NCBI GenBank assembly: GCA_009914755.4
Contig: CP068257.2
Location: 12,352,001-12,416,000 of the forward strand
Origin: the human T2T-CHM13v2.0 reference genome, Homo sapiens
DNA length: 64,000 nucleotides
Direction: 5' to 3'
Positions within the stretch are counted from its first letter, which is position 1; every line of letters begins with the position of its first letter. The position numbers and the translations under genes were made by a program. Shown piece after piece: positions 1 through 13,180 of the stretch. The notes under the pieces were generated by a model that worked only from the letters and a program-made list of their open reading frames with translations, was not told where the DNA came from and did no database searches.

Positions 1-258
1 GGGATGAGAGCAGTGTCTGTCTCCACGTCTGTCTCAGTGGCACTTTTGGTAGTGAGGTTGGGGTGAGCCTGCTTCACGTGGCAGGTGCTGCTCAAACAGA
101 AGTGTCTTGGAGGCAGGGCCGGGGGCACAGGCTCCGGGCAAGGGCCGGGCTCTTGCTCTGGAGGTGAACCTGGAGGCCTGTGCCACTTGGCTCACCGGGT
201 CATGGGTCTGGCAAGGTTGGGGCCAGGCGGCCACCCTGATGGTGCCTGTGGCTTTTAG

Positions 259-373
259 GGCGACGGGTTGCATGAGGCATGGGAACATAGGCCACCTCAC
301 GCAGATCGCCAACGTGCTGGTGCAGAACCTGGAGCAGGGCTCTGTGCAGACGCACATCAGCGAGGTCATCTGA
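259..373 (+). CDS. candidate coding exon of an unidentified gene, read frame ending ...IGHLTQIANVLVQNLEQGSVQTHISEVI* (stop TGA 371-373); a GTGAGC donor lies just after the stop at 375
   Basis: AG acceptor at 257-258 after ggcttttag; open frame from the acceptor to TGA; the peptide looks protein-like; a GTGAGC motif immediately follows the stop. A weak alternative donor GAG|GTCATC at 364/365 would keep the frame open into the exon at 2848. Confidence 0.3.
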
Positions 374-2847
374 GGTGAGCCCCCCACCCGGTCATCCTTT
401 TGCTGGTCGTGGGCACCGGGGCTCTGAAGGAGCTGCTGCCCGAGGCTCCCCTCTGCCCGTCAGCAGGTGCTGATTGCACTGACAGTGAAAGACCCCGCAG
501 CCGTCTCTGTCCTCTCACTTCCCACATCAGATCTGTCCTCAGGGGGACCTGGGTCTCATGTGTCAGTTCTGTTGGGCAGACTTCTGTGGAGACCCTACCA
601 GGCATCAGCATGTAGCACAAGAGATAGTCCCTGCTGGGGGCAGTTGGTGACTCCGGAGCTGGTGCTCCGAAGCCATTAGCGCTGCCAAGCTCCTTGCAGC
701 TCATGGAGTCCTGCCTGGGTGTAGGCAGTCCTGGCCGTGTGCCAGCTTTGCTCTGCATTCAGGTGGTTGGAGAGTCTCACATTCTCACTCAGGTGTGAGA
801 CTTCATAGCACAAGTCTCAGGGAAACAGGTAGCACCCTGTTTCTTAAGAGCACAGTGGGTTAGGTGGACACAGGCACACCACATGTGTGGCAGAGGCGGG
901 CCCAGCCATGGCCCCTCCTCCCTATACCGGTACAAAGTGAGGAAGCTCTGGATGGTCCTCCCCGCACCCCAGGACCATAGGGTGAGGGGTCTCCTGGGTT
1001 GGGCCCCATTGGCCCCTAGCAAGGTCAGGCCTGCCGGCCGCTGTCACAAATAATAAGAGCAGGGCAAGAGGAGGGCAAAAGAGATGGGTGGAGGTGGAGG
1101 CCAGGGAGGGCTCCCCAGGGCAGGGGTGGTTTAGGGAGGCGAGGGGCAAGCAGGAAGCTCTTGGATCATCCCATACAGTCTCCCGATTGTGAATCCTTCC
1201 GGGGTTCTGACCTCCCCGGAAAAACAGACAGGACACACACCCAGGCCTGCAGGCTGCTGCTGAGTTTGGGCCTGTGAGGCAGGGTGAAGGAAGCTTGCTG
1301 CTTTCTCAGATTCTGTTCCACAGCTTCTGCGTTTCTGGGAGTTCCTCAGAATGGGCTTCCACACCAACAGACTTGGAACTCGGTTGCCCACTGAGGTCTT
1401 GGTAGGGGCAGAAGTGCCCACCACCCTGCCCACAGTTGCTGCACCTCAATCTCACTGTGGCCCCAGGCCCCTCCGGACACGCGACTATGCTGACTCCTTC
1501 CCATCCAGCAAAGCTCCTGCTTCAGGCCCTCAGATGGACTGACCACAGTAGCACCGTCCCATCCTCCTGGACCCAGGATGCACCTGCCAGAGCGCCTGAG
1601 TGCCCTGAGCCATGTGCAAGGGCTCTCCCAGGGCTCACCAGGCTGCACTTTCCTTGTAGAGCTCCCTGTGGATTGCCATGGCTGCTAGGAGAGCTTCGTG
1701 GAGGAGACGCTGACGGAGACCAACTGCAGGAACACTGTGGACTTGTTGAGGAGGCTTGGGGCTGCGCCCTCGGCGCCGGCATGGTGCTGGGACGCAGGAG
1801 GCTCGGGGCTGCCCCCTTGGTGCATGCACGGTGCTGGGACACTGTCAGACACTCCTGTCTTTGCCCCGAAGCAGAGGCCAAGAGAGGCACAAGGGCCGCA
1901 CACCTGCCTGCTCCTCTTGGACGCGGGTGCCCGAGCATACCCTGCAAGTGTGCAGTCTGTCCTCCAGGCTGATGCCTGCAACACAGACCCTGTCCTGTGC
2001 CACACCCAGGGCTGGTCTCTGAGGACCTCTGTGCAGAGCTGGTGTTGGCCCCAGGTCCCTTCCCTCCCAGTCCAGGAGCTGTAGCTTGTTGGCAGGGGGC
2101 TCCATATGCCTGAGACCAACCTGCCCCCTGCACATGGATGTTGGGCTGTCACGGGGCCTTGGCCTCACCTGGGCACCTCCTTACACAGCAAGGCCTCCTG
2201 GGCCCAGAGATCTGATGAGTGACATGTTGGGCGGGGTCTGGGAGCCCTGGGCTGGGCAGGGTCTGGGGCGCTGGGCTGGCTCACACACCCACCCCATCTG
2301 GCCTGTGTTTTAGGCAAGCACTCACTACCTTCACTCCTGGAGTGAGGACATTGAGGGTGCTTTCCCTAATGAGCTGTCCCTTCAGCAGGTGAGGGCGTGG
2401 CCGGCCCCTGCACCCTGCCGGGCCCTTCCTGGCACCTGTGTGCTCTGTGCTTGGTCCTCCAGACAAGTCTCTGATGGCATCTCACTAGCAAAAGGGAGAG
2501 GGGGCTCATCTCGGAGCACGTATGGGGTGGGGTGGGTCTGAGGGGAGAACTCCAAAGTCACTCCACCTTGATGAGAGCACTGAGAACACAGCAGATAAAC
2601 TCGAAAGTCAAAGAATATGGGACGTATCTCGGATGTAAGCACAGTGAGCACGCGGCCTGAGTTTGGGTAGAATCGTGAGCCCTGAACAGTCAGAGTTTAC
2701 TGCCCACTTTTGCTGGAGGAGAAGCTCCTGAACAACTAGAGAGACTGTGGTTCCCAAAGAGCAGCCTGTAGGCCTGAGGACTGCTCTATGACCGGCGTCA
2801 GTCCCTGCCTCCCTCCCTCCGTCCCTCCTTCCCTCCTTCCTTCCCAG

Positions 2848-2945
2848 GCCTTCTCTGACTACCAGATCCAGCAGATGACGGCCAACTTTGTGGATCAGTT
2901 TGGCTTCAATGATGAGGAGTTTGCAGACCATGACAACAACATCAA
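2848..2945 (+). CDS. internal coding exon: [32 protein letters not shown](N)
   Basis: long CCCT-rich polypyrimidine tract (2797-2845) plus cag acceptor at 2845-2847; GTGAGT donor at 2946; ends in phase 2, which matches the next exon. Confidence 0.45.
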
Positions 2946-3060
2946 GTGAGTCCACTTGGATGCCCCCTGCACGAGGCACGACTCCCCCTCCTCGCTGCTG
3001 AAGTCCCATGGGGGCAGCTCCCTTAGTCCTTGCCGGGAGATAACAGGTGTTTCCAGTTGC

Positions 3061-3400
3061 ATGAGGGTGCTGAGGCCCCCAGTGAGAACCAGGGGAGGAG
3101 CACTGAGGCCTCAGATGAGCACCGGGGGAGGAGCCCTGAGGCCCCAGATGAGCACCAGGGGAGGAGCACTGAGGCCCCAGATGAGCACCGGGGGAGGAGC
3201 GTTGAAGCCCCAGATGAGCACCAGAGGAGGAGAGCTGAGGCCCCAGATGAGCCCCGGGGGAGGAGCTCTGAGGCCCCAGACGAGCACCGGGGGAGGAGCG
3301 CCGAGGCCCCAGATGAGCACCGGGGGAGGAGCGCCGAGGCCCCAGATGAGCAGTGGGGGAGGAGCCCCGAGGCCCCCAGATGAGCAGTGGGCGGGGCAGG
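3061..3400. repeat. 33-bp GC-rich VNTR, about 10 copies (unit GAGGCCCCAGATGAGCACCGGGGGAGGAGCGCT); intronic, and it runs directly into the acceptor of exon 3433
   Basis: direct reading of successive 33-nt copies at 3096, 3129, 3162, 3195, 3228, 3261, 3294 and 3327; no stop codon in any of the six frames. Confidence 0.85.
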
Positions 3401-3432
3401 GAGCGCCGAGGCCATCCCCCTTGCTCTTGCAG

Positions 3433-3490
3433 CGCCCCATTTGACAGGATCGCGGAGATCAACTTCAACATCGACACTGACGAGGACAGT
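3433..3490 (+). CDS. internal coding exon: (N)APFDRIAEINFNIDTDEDS, in phase with the exon at 2848-2945
   Basis: acceptor ttgctcttgcag at 3421-3432; GTGAGC donor at 3491; the frame is continuous with the previous exon (aa + c = AAC). Confidence 0.45.
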
Positions 3491-3771
3491 GTGAGCGAGC
3501 GGGGCTGTGCGGGGTCATGCAGGCACCCTGTTCCCAGGCAGCTCAGGCCGCGCCCATGGCTCGGTCTGTGGTGGGCCTGTGCGGTGGGGCTGGGAGAGGC
3601 CCCTCTGTGGAGCTAGGAACAGTCGCTTTTCTTGACCCTCCCCATCATGCCCTCCAGCCCATGGCGCCCACATCCTGAACTAAGCCCCTCTGGGAGCCCT
3701 GTGGGGAGAGCGCCTCCTGTCTCCCCCAGACCCTCTGGAAACTGACCTTGGCGTTTTACTCTGCAGCCCAG

Positions 3772-3864
3772 CGCGGCTCTGAGGCCTGCTGCAGCGACCG
3801 CATCCAGCACTTTGATGAGAACGAGGACATCTCGGAGGACAGCGACACTTGCTGTGCTGCCCAG
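3772..3864 (+). CDS. internal coding exon: RGSEACCSDRIQHFDENEDISEDSDTCCAAQ (alternative acceptor 5 nt upstream at 3767 gives a different open frame)
   Basis: tandem acceptors ttttactctgcag|cccag|; GTGAAG donor at 3865; the acidic frame is continuous in phase 0 with exon 3433-3490 only if the downstream AG (3770-3771) is used. Confidence 0.3.
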
Positions 3865-4997
3865 GTGAAGGCCAGAGCCAGGTGCGGGGCCTGCCCATCC
3901 CCCCAAAGCCTCTGCCGAGGAGGTGCAGCCCCCAGAACACCCGTCAGATGCCCAGACGCCCTGCTGTTTGTTATGCCGGCTCGCAGAGCAAGCACACCGG
4001 TCCTGCAAGCACTGGCGCCCAACGCAGCGGGTGACCCTCAGGAGCTCGGAGCTGAGGCCTGGAGCGACTCGTGCTCCTCACTCAGGGCATTCTGTGCTCA
4101 CCCTCAGCCTGGAGCCTGCTGCTGTCACTGACCCTCAGTGTTAGGCATCTGTCCTGGGCCACCAGGCATCTGACTCTGCATCTCCCCGAGGTTTGGAGCC
4201 CCCCATGCTTCAGAAAGCTGCTCAAAGAATGGCCCGGAGTGCGGAGGCCAGGATGGGAAGGCGAGCTTGGAAGCAGACCATGATCCGCCTGGGGCAGGTG
4301 CCCCCTAGACCCTGGAAAGAACAAAGCCCCTCCTCTGGAGGGTGACTCAGAAGGTGGTGCTGTGGGGCAGGGGCCGGGGACGTGTGTGTTGGGGGCAGGA
4401 CATGGTACCCTGGCCTAGGGGTGTGGAGGCTTCATTTGGAGCTGAGGCATTTGGGGCTCACTGTGGCCCGAAACCTGCATCTCCAGCTCTTTCCCAGCCA
4501 TCCTGAGTAGGGGTCTGTGCTGCCCTGTGCCCGGCACAAGGTGGTCTCCTGCCCCTGCCTCTCGGTTGTTGTCACTCTGCCACTGTCACCAAGGTTGGTG
4601 GGTGGTGTCCACCTAGTCCCCATCGTCCACCCGGCCCCCACACAATGCGACACAGGCCTGATGCCCACCCCAGCACAGCAGCACAGCCTGGCCTCCACCC
4701 TCACGGCTGACATCTAGGGCAGGAGCCAGTCCACCCCGCAGGCTGCGCGGCTGATAAGACCCCTCTCCTTACCCCTGCTCTGGGGGCAGCACTGACCCAC
4801 TCAGGACTTTGGGGAGGGGGCAGGGATCTCTGTTAGGAGGTGCCGAGCTCTTAGCTGAGGCCAAAAGAGAGAGCAAGGGCAACACCCTGGGGAAGCAGGA
4901 ACGTCCCAGATAGGAGGAAGGCGGCTCATCCTTGAGGCCAGGGAGGGCCTGGTGGTGCTTGGTGAGCTGCCATCTCTGTTGGATGCGGTCCTGGATA

Positions 4998-5352
4998 GGA
5001 CAGGGCAGTGGCATCACCTCCACACTGTCAGCGTCAGCCATGCTGGAGGCCTAGGGGCCCTCAGGCGCCTGACTGAGCCCCAGGTCATGGAGGGCAGTGG
5101 CATTGCCTCCACACTATCAGCGTCAGTCCTGCTGGAGGCCTAGGGGCCCTCAGGTGCCTGACTGAGCCCTGGATCATGGAGGGTAGTGGCATCGCCTCCA
5201 CACTGTCAGTGTCAGCCTTGCTGGAGGCCTGGGGGCCCTCAGGCGCCTGACTGAGCCCCGGATCATGGAGGGCAGTGGCATCACCTCCACACTGTCAGTG
5301 TCAGCCCTGCTGGAGGCCTGGGGGCCCTCAGGCGCCTGGCTGAGCCCCAGTT
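4998..5352. repeat. 90-bp minisatellite, about 4 copies
   Basis: motif gctggaggcc recurs at 5042, 5132, 5222 and 5312 with conserved flanking sequence. Confidence 0.8.
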
Positions 5353-8300
5353 CACACACCCCATGGATGTTGGCAGCTTGTCAGGACCCTCGAGCTGTCC
5401 CCTGTTATTCTCTGAGGGGCTGAGGGGCACTGCTTGGGCCTCCCTCCTGGAGCAGCCCCATGTTCCTGTCAACCTCTGTGGGGCTCCCAGTGGGGGGTGC
5501 GCTGCCTCCCCTTTGCCTGCAGCACCCCAGACAGGCCTGCCCTCACCTGGCCACTGTGTCTCTCACCCAGCAGACACCATATGGATGACAGTGTTTGATA
5601 AGCCAGCAAACTCGACGCCCATAGCCCCAGGAGTGGTGAGGGACAGGGTTCCAGCGTGTGGGCAGCTGGCACCTCAGCTCCAGAGGAGAAAGGCTGGGCC
5701 AGTTCACCGAATTCCAGCCTTTCTGCTGGTAACAAATGCATTGGCAGGAGGGGGCCGTGTCAGGAAGTGCCTTCCAGGGTCAGGAGGTGCCCGTCCTCCG
5801 GGACTGACCCTGTCCTCGTCCTTGTCTGTAGCTCCGAGTCAGGGCCCAGGTGCAGCTCTCTGATGGACACAAAACACAGCCAGGCTGAGGCAGCCAGAGC
5901 CAAGGCCTCGAGAAAGCCTGTGAGTAGCAGCAGTGCAGGCGGCACCCAGCCTCCTGCAGAGGCCTAGCCTTGCCCAGTTTAAGGCCTGAGGCCAGCTGGC
6001 CCCCCTCCTTGGGGTCAGTGGGAGGAGGTGGCCAGGACCCTGCATGCTGCTAGGTCTCTTGTGACATTGGGGTTTGATACAGCAGTGGGACTGGAGCAGC
6101 CACGTGCAGATGGGGAGGCCCCCAGAGGGGAGGCAGCAAGGCCATTGGGCTGGCCCTGAGCCCCGTCTGAGCAGGTGGCACAGCCCAGGTCTGTACCCTT
6201 GATTCTAGACAGCAGCACCAGGACCCCAGCATTGAGATGTGTGTGGGTGGGTTGTTGGCAGGAAGCCATTCTGGGGCCTGATCAGAGCCCCTGGCCCCCA
6301 GGCCCCTAGTCAGGCCGAGAGGCTCCCCCAGACAAGGCTGAGAGCTCCAGGCGAGCGACAGCTGGCTTCCAACACTGGTGTCCCCGGTGCTTGAAGGAGC
6401 TGTGGCGGGACCACACAAGGCAGAGCGGGCCCCTTCCTGAGCCTCTGCGTCCTCATGTGAGACCAGGGCACATTGCCCTGTATCATGGGGGAGGCAACAG
6501 TGTTGCTTGTGTGGAGACCACATGGAAGGTGTGTGAGCCTGTTAGCCTCGTCATGCTGTTTCCACACAGGTACACGTGTGCAGGTAACAGGCTGCATGTG
6601 AGAGGGCTACACGTAAGGGATCCCTATGGCCGGGGTTGCCACACCCTGTGGCCCCTCCTGCCTCACTGGACAGCACAGGCCTCCTACTCTGCAGTCAGCC
6701 CAGCTTCTCCATGTACCTCCGTGTACCTCCGTGTGTGTCACCAGGAAGGCCCCCCTGCTGGCCTCTGACAGCAGCTCCTGTGGGGGCTCCGACAGCGATA
6801 CATGACGACCAGAAGGCAGTGAGTGCCATGGATGCTGTGAACACCCGTCCGGGCCGGGAGGCCCCCCGCCCCCGCTGCCCACAGTGGCCAGGACAGAGGA
6901 GGCTGTCAGCAGGTGTGTGGGGCGTCGGGGGTAGGTGGGCAGGCCTGCCTGGGTGCAAAGGCTGCGGCTTCCAGGCTCTGTCCCCAGCTCTTAGCTCCCT
7001 TGGGAGCAGGCTGAGGCCAGGCCAGGGGTCTTCTCCACACTGCTTCCCCGATGGCCCCGTGACCCCTTACAGGCTGGCTCGGGGTGGTCATGCCCACGCA
7101 TTTAAATAGAGGCAGGATGGGAGGAGTGTGAGGGCTTCCTTCTTGGACAGAACATCTGTGTTCTCTGTTGTGAGTGGTTAAGACAAGAAGACAGGGCCTG
7201 GATGTCCCAGACAGTCCCCCAGGGACTTGGTGGGGGCAGCCCCTACCCCAGACCCCAGTTAGAGAGAACAGCCCAGCTCTTGGGGCTCTGGGCCTGGCTG
7301 AGCCGCCTGGGATCTGGGTACCCTGGAGGTCGGGGAGGGGCACAGACTTTAAGTCCAGCAGGTAAGCAGGCATCTGTGGAGCTCATGCAGACCTCGCCTG
7401 CTGCTCCCCTTCCATGGGAGGCCTAGATTTCCAGATGCCTCAGAAGCCAGGACAGTAGGATGGGGGGGCGGGGGCCTCAGGACTGCACTTGGGGCATCCA
7501 AACCCTGACTGAGAGTTGGAGGCAGCTTGCAGATGGGCAGAGGCTCAGGCTCCCTTGAGCCTCCAAGAGCCATTCCTGGGGAGAGAGTGGAGAGGGAGGC
7601 ACTCCCTGTGAGGAGGCTGGAGTCTGGCCAGCCCCTCCAGCAAGCTGAATCCCATCCATCCCCCCACAGGAAGAAGGTCCCTGGCATCCTTCAGTGAACA
7701 GATACCTCTTCTGGCCTTTGGGGTCAGGGGTTGGGAGTTTAGCAGGAGGGCAGGACAGCTAGGGTAGATGCTAGGGCCAGGTAAACCTGAGGGGGAAGGT
7801 AGGACTGGGCTTGAAGTGGGGAGGAGGGCACACCCGGCAAGGGCAAAGCTGTGCAGAGGACCTGGGGCCTGAGCTCCCAGTAGGTCCAGGCAACAGTGGG
7901 GAAGTCCTTGGGCTGGATTCCTCTAGGAGAGGACAAGGTGCCTTTCACACCTGGCGGTGCATCCCAGTCACTCCTGTTTCCATGCTTGTGAAGGGCCTGC
8001 CTGGAGTGGGGTGAGGGTGCCCCCAGCCTCACTGCCCAATGCAGCTCAGCCTGCAAGCGTCCCACCTGTCCTACCCTCCCCCGACAGGAGGGGCAGGTCT
8101 GACACCTCAGAGGACCCTGCCCACTGACCCCCAGCAGTCCTGGAGGGTCTGTGTGGTATTGGGGCTCCGGGCATCTCCCCCAGCCAGGCTGCAAGCTCAG
8201 CACCAGGCTGGCTCTCCCTGCCCTGTTGACCAGCAGGCCATGTCAGTGCTCACAGCTCCTCCCCTTGTTTGGCCACGCTGCCGTCAGGGCATCTGCAGCA

Positions 8301-8473
8301 AGTGGGGGGCACAACACGGGAAATGGGGCCAAGGCCACAGCGGTGGATGTCCCGATGCTGCCAGTCACTGGAAAGCCCAGGCCAGAGCCCCTCGGGTTGA
8401 AAGTCATACAGAGTTCCTGCGTGGGCTTCATTCCTTCTTAAAGTTTAGTCACTGAAATTCTTAAAAATCTTTA

Positions 8474-9147
<674 letters not shown>

Positions 9148-9685
9148 TCACTGTGCAAAGTAAGTTGCTTTTCTCCACGGGGCTATCTGTGTAAAACTTG
9201 CCACTGAGAGCTCTCTCTGCTCTGCTGTGACAGCCCAGCCTGCAGGTGAGCTTGCTTGCACTCCCACCTGATCAGAGCACGCCTCCCTGGGTCAGACACT
9301 CAATATCCTTGCCCTGCAGGAGGCCAGAGGGCCCATCTGCTGCTCATGGCCAGGCTGGGCCTTGGGGTGCCTGACCCCCCCAGAGCAAGCCCCTTAGATG
9401 CCCGGCAGAATCCTCTCTCCCCTCCTGTACCTTGGAAGGTTTCCCCACACTATGCCCAGTGTCAGGCTGAAGTTGGGATCATGGCACAGGAGCCTCTGGG
9501 GCCCTCGGAGAATGAGGTGCTTGATGATGGGCAGAATCTGAACGCAGCCTGGACGGAGGTTTGAGGTCATCAATGGACAGACAGCTTGTCCCAGCACTTA
9601 GAACTCAGGGCAGCAGAGCTGCCTAGCTGGGCACAACCTGGGCCACCCCACAGAGGGCAGGAGTGGGAGAGGCCAAAGGGGGTGA

Positions 9686-9856
<171 letters not shown>

Positions 9857-9857
9857 T

Positions 9858-10173
<316 letters not shown>

Positions 10174-10711
10174 TGAAGCTTTCTCTGCCTGTTACCAGGT
10201 ACTACCCATACACACACTACCCACGAACAAAGAAATGTGCGTTGTTCTGTGCTGCACGCCACCATTGTAACAATTGTGATGATTTACTTTACAAGTTTCT
10301 CTCCCCTCTAGACTGTTGGCTCTTACATTTTTATATCTTTATCCTTTCATGAGTATTTAGCATGGTGTCGCCTTGTAGTGAATGCTTCATAAATATTTGT
10401 TGAATGAATGAATTTTAACTGATTATCTTTTTCTAAGCCACATGGTAAGATGTTCTTGTCTGTCTTTCAGTTAGGACTTTATTTTTACTTTTAAGTTCAG
10501 AGCTTCTTGATGGTTGTTCTTTCTAAATAATTATTATTTAGCAACTGACTGTCATAAGAGATTCAAAATACATCAAATATCTAACACAAAATGTAAAATA
10601 TGCAGTAATCTTAGCCCTCAAGGAAACCCAGATTTCCCAATTCTGAGTATATTGTTCAAGTTCCTTTTCCAGGACAGCTCAAGGTTCTGTCATTTATTTT
10701 TGTCTTTGTTT

Positions 10712-11003
10712 TTGTTTTGAGACAGTTTCACTCTGCCATCAAGGCTGCAGTGCAGTGGTGTGATCATGACTCACTGTAGCCTCAACTTTCTGTGCTTAAG
10801 TGATCCTCCTGCCTCTGCCTCCAGAGTAGCTGAAACTATAGGCACACGTCATCATGCTCCACCTAATTAATTTTTTTTTTTTTTTGAGACAGGGTCTCAC
10901 TATATTGCTCAGGCCGGTCTCCAAATCCTGAGTTCAAGCAGTCTTTCCACTTGACCTCCCAAAGTGTTAGGATTGCAGGTATGAACCACTGCACCTGGCC
11001 AAT
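10712..11003 (-). mobile_element. old Alu (AluJ-like, antisense)
   Basis: diverged Alu, reverse complement. Confidence 0.8.
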
Positions 11004-12677
11004 TTTTTTATTTATTAACAAAGTGTTTCTAAAATTGTCACTGCCGGTCGTTTGGAAGAATCTGAGAAGTAGCAGCTCTGCTCTTGTTTCCAGAACTGCA
11101 TCCTCTGCTGAATAGGTCTGGGTGCCCCCAGCGCAAGCCTCACCTTATTCACTTACTGACTCAGTTATCTCCTGACTAGAGAAGAGGCAGACCCATCTCC
11201 ATCCTAGGAGGAGCTCTTAGTTCCTCCAGACAGGGATGTCTCCCTAGGACCAGGCAGTGTGGCTGGGATGAGCCATTCATCATCAGGGAAGACACAGGCT
11301 ACCTGGGTAGTCATGGTGTAGAATGCCTCCAGCACAGTGCACAGAAGCCCCTGAATCTGGGAAGAAAGCTACTTCCACATCAGGTGAGAATGCACCTCTG
11401 CCCATACCTGGACTGGGTCTTGATAACGCCCTCAGAAATAGCATGCAGGGAGTCACCAGTCTTTTGAAGTGGTGGTGGTTGTTCTCTTGGTAACCAAGAT
11501 CTGGGCTGCTTGCTGTGCCCAGTGGCACCCCTTGAGGGTCTCTTATGGTGGGCATCACTGGTCTTCTTAATTTGCTACTGTGTCCATCCTCAGAGTCCTT
11601 TGCTTTCTTTTTCAAAGTCAAGCTGTGCTCATATCCTAGACTCTTTCCTGTGGAGAAAGCACGTGAGTTAAAGATTCACCACAATAGTTCACACAGAAGC
11701 TTATTCCAGAACCTTCCCATGCACATTCAGGTGACCCCCACTTGTCTCACCTCCCACTTGCCAGCTCCCTCAGCCTGCCTAATAAAGTGAGATTGAGTTC
11801 GCTCCTGGGTCCCCAAATGCTCTCTGAATGCCAGGATCTCTAAAATTCTTTCAACCACCAAGAAGACCCCTTCTTACCCAAGCCTTGCTTGTCTTGCTTG
11901 TCTGTTAGGATAAAAAAGCAAGACTCTACCTGCTCTATCTTGTCAGGTGTCCTTGAAATTTTTTTTTTTTCTTCATTTCTTCTGCTCATCTGAGCTGGAC
12001 TCTGATTCTGTTGATAAAAATGGGTGTGTGTGAGTGCCTCCAACTGAACACCTTGGAAGCCTTAGTCCATTTTTGATACACTAGAGATGAGGTTTCCACA
12101 AAAACTCAGCTCTCCTCTGTGCTCCAGCGCCCAGGATCTGTAAAGTGCTGCATTCAAAAACGCTCTCAGTTTCTTTCTCAGGGGAGACTGTGTTAATCTA
12201 TATCCTGTCCCTTCTCACCTTGGAAGAGTCAAGTCTTATTTGATCTAGCATTGCTGTTTCTGGTTTTGAGCTTAGTTTTCTTGGAATTCTATTTCCCATT
12301 TGGATTGGGGTCTGGTCCTAGTGGAAAAGGGAGTTCGGGTGATTCACCTTTCTCTAGACCCAGAGTCCCATAGTCTATTTCTGACTCATATTTGTGGGTC
12401 ATTTTCTCAACTGATGCTGTTCAGCCAGCGTCAAAAGTGAGTGGGAAGAATACAGTCCCAGGAGATCATCACCACATTTCTCAAAGCCACCTGAGGGCTG
12501 TAATCCATTTCCTGTCCTCAATTACAAAATAAACTCCTATCAAAGACATACAGCTTAGTATCCTTCATTCCACCCCTCTTTGCAACCTTCATAAGAACAG
12601 CCCAAGGTCTTACCTGAGCTTTGAGTGCAGCTCTCACTGGAATGGAAAGAGATCATCTTGCCTTTTTCTTCAAATCA

Positions 12678-12872
<195 letters not shown>

Positions 12873-12914
12873 TTAAGTCTCTCTTTGCTTTGTTTTCTGT
12901 TTTTGTTTTGTTTT

Positions 12915-13180
12915 GCTTTTTTGAGACAGGGTCTCACTCTGTCGCCCAGGCTAGAGTGCAGTGGCGTGATCTTGGCTCAATGTAAGATTCTCCTGCCTCA
13001 GCCTCCTGAGTAGCTGGCATTACAGGCGCATGCCACTAGGCCTGGCTAATTTTTGTATTTTTAGTAGAGACGGGGTTTCACCATGTTGGTCAGGCTGGTC
13101 TCAATCTCCTGACCTTGTGATCCACCCGCCTCAGCCTCCCAAAGTGCTGGGATTACAGGAGTGAGCCACCGTGTCCGGCC
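12915..13180 (-). mobile_element. Alu (antisense)
   Basis: Alu consensus, reverse complement. Confidence 0.9.

Noticed and set aside
1756-1850. About 48-bp direct duplication (ggctcggggctgcccccttggtgcatgcacggtgctgggac x2)
   Set aside because: It has only two copies and no further periodicity, so it is too small to call a minisatellite with confidence.
2608-3477. 289-aa minus-strand ORF, and the 117-162-aa + strand ORFs, over the 33-bp VNTR
   Set aside because: All six frames are open over the VNTR, so the ORF length carries no information. Only the flanking spliced exons are treated as coding candidates.
11040-12050. Possible LTR-like element (AATAAAGTGAG at about 11782, flanking T-rich tract)
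   Set aside because: I could not match it to a specific family by eye, so it is left unannotated.
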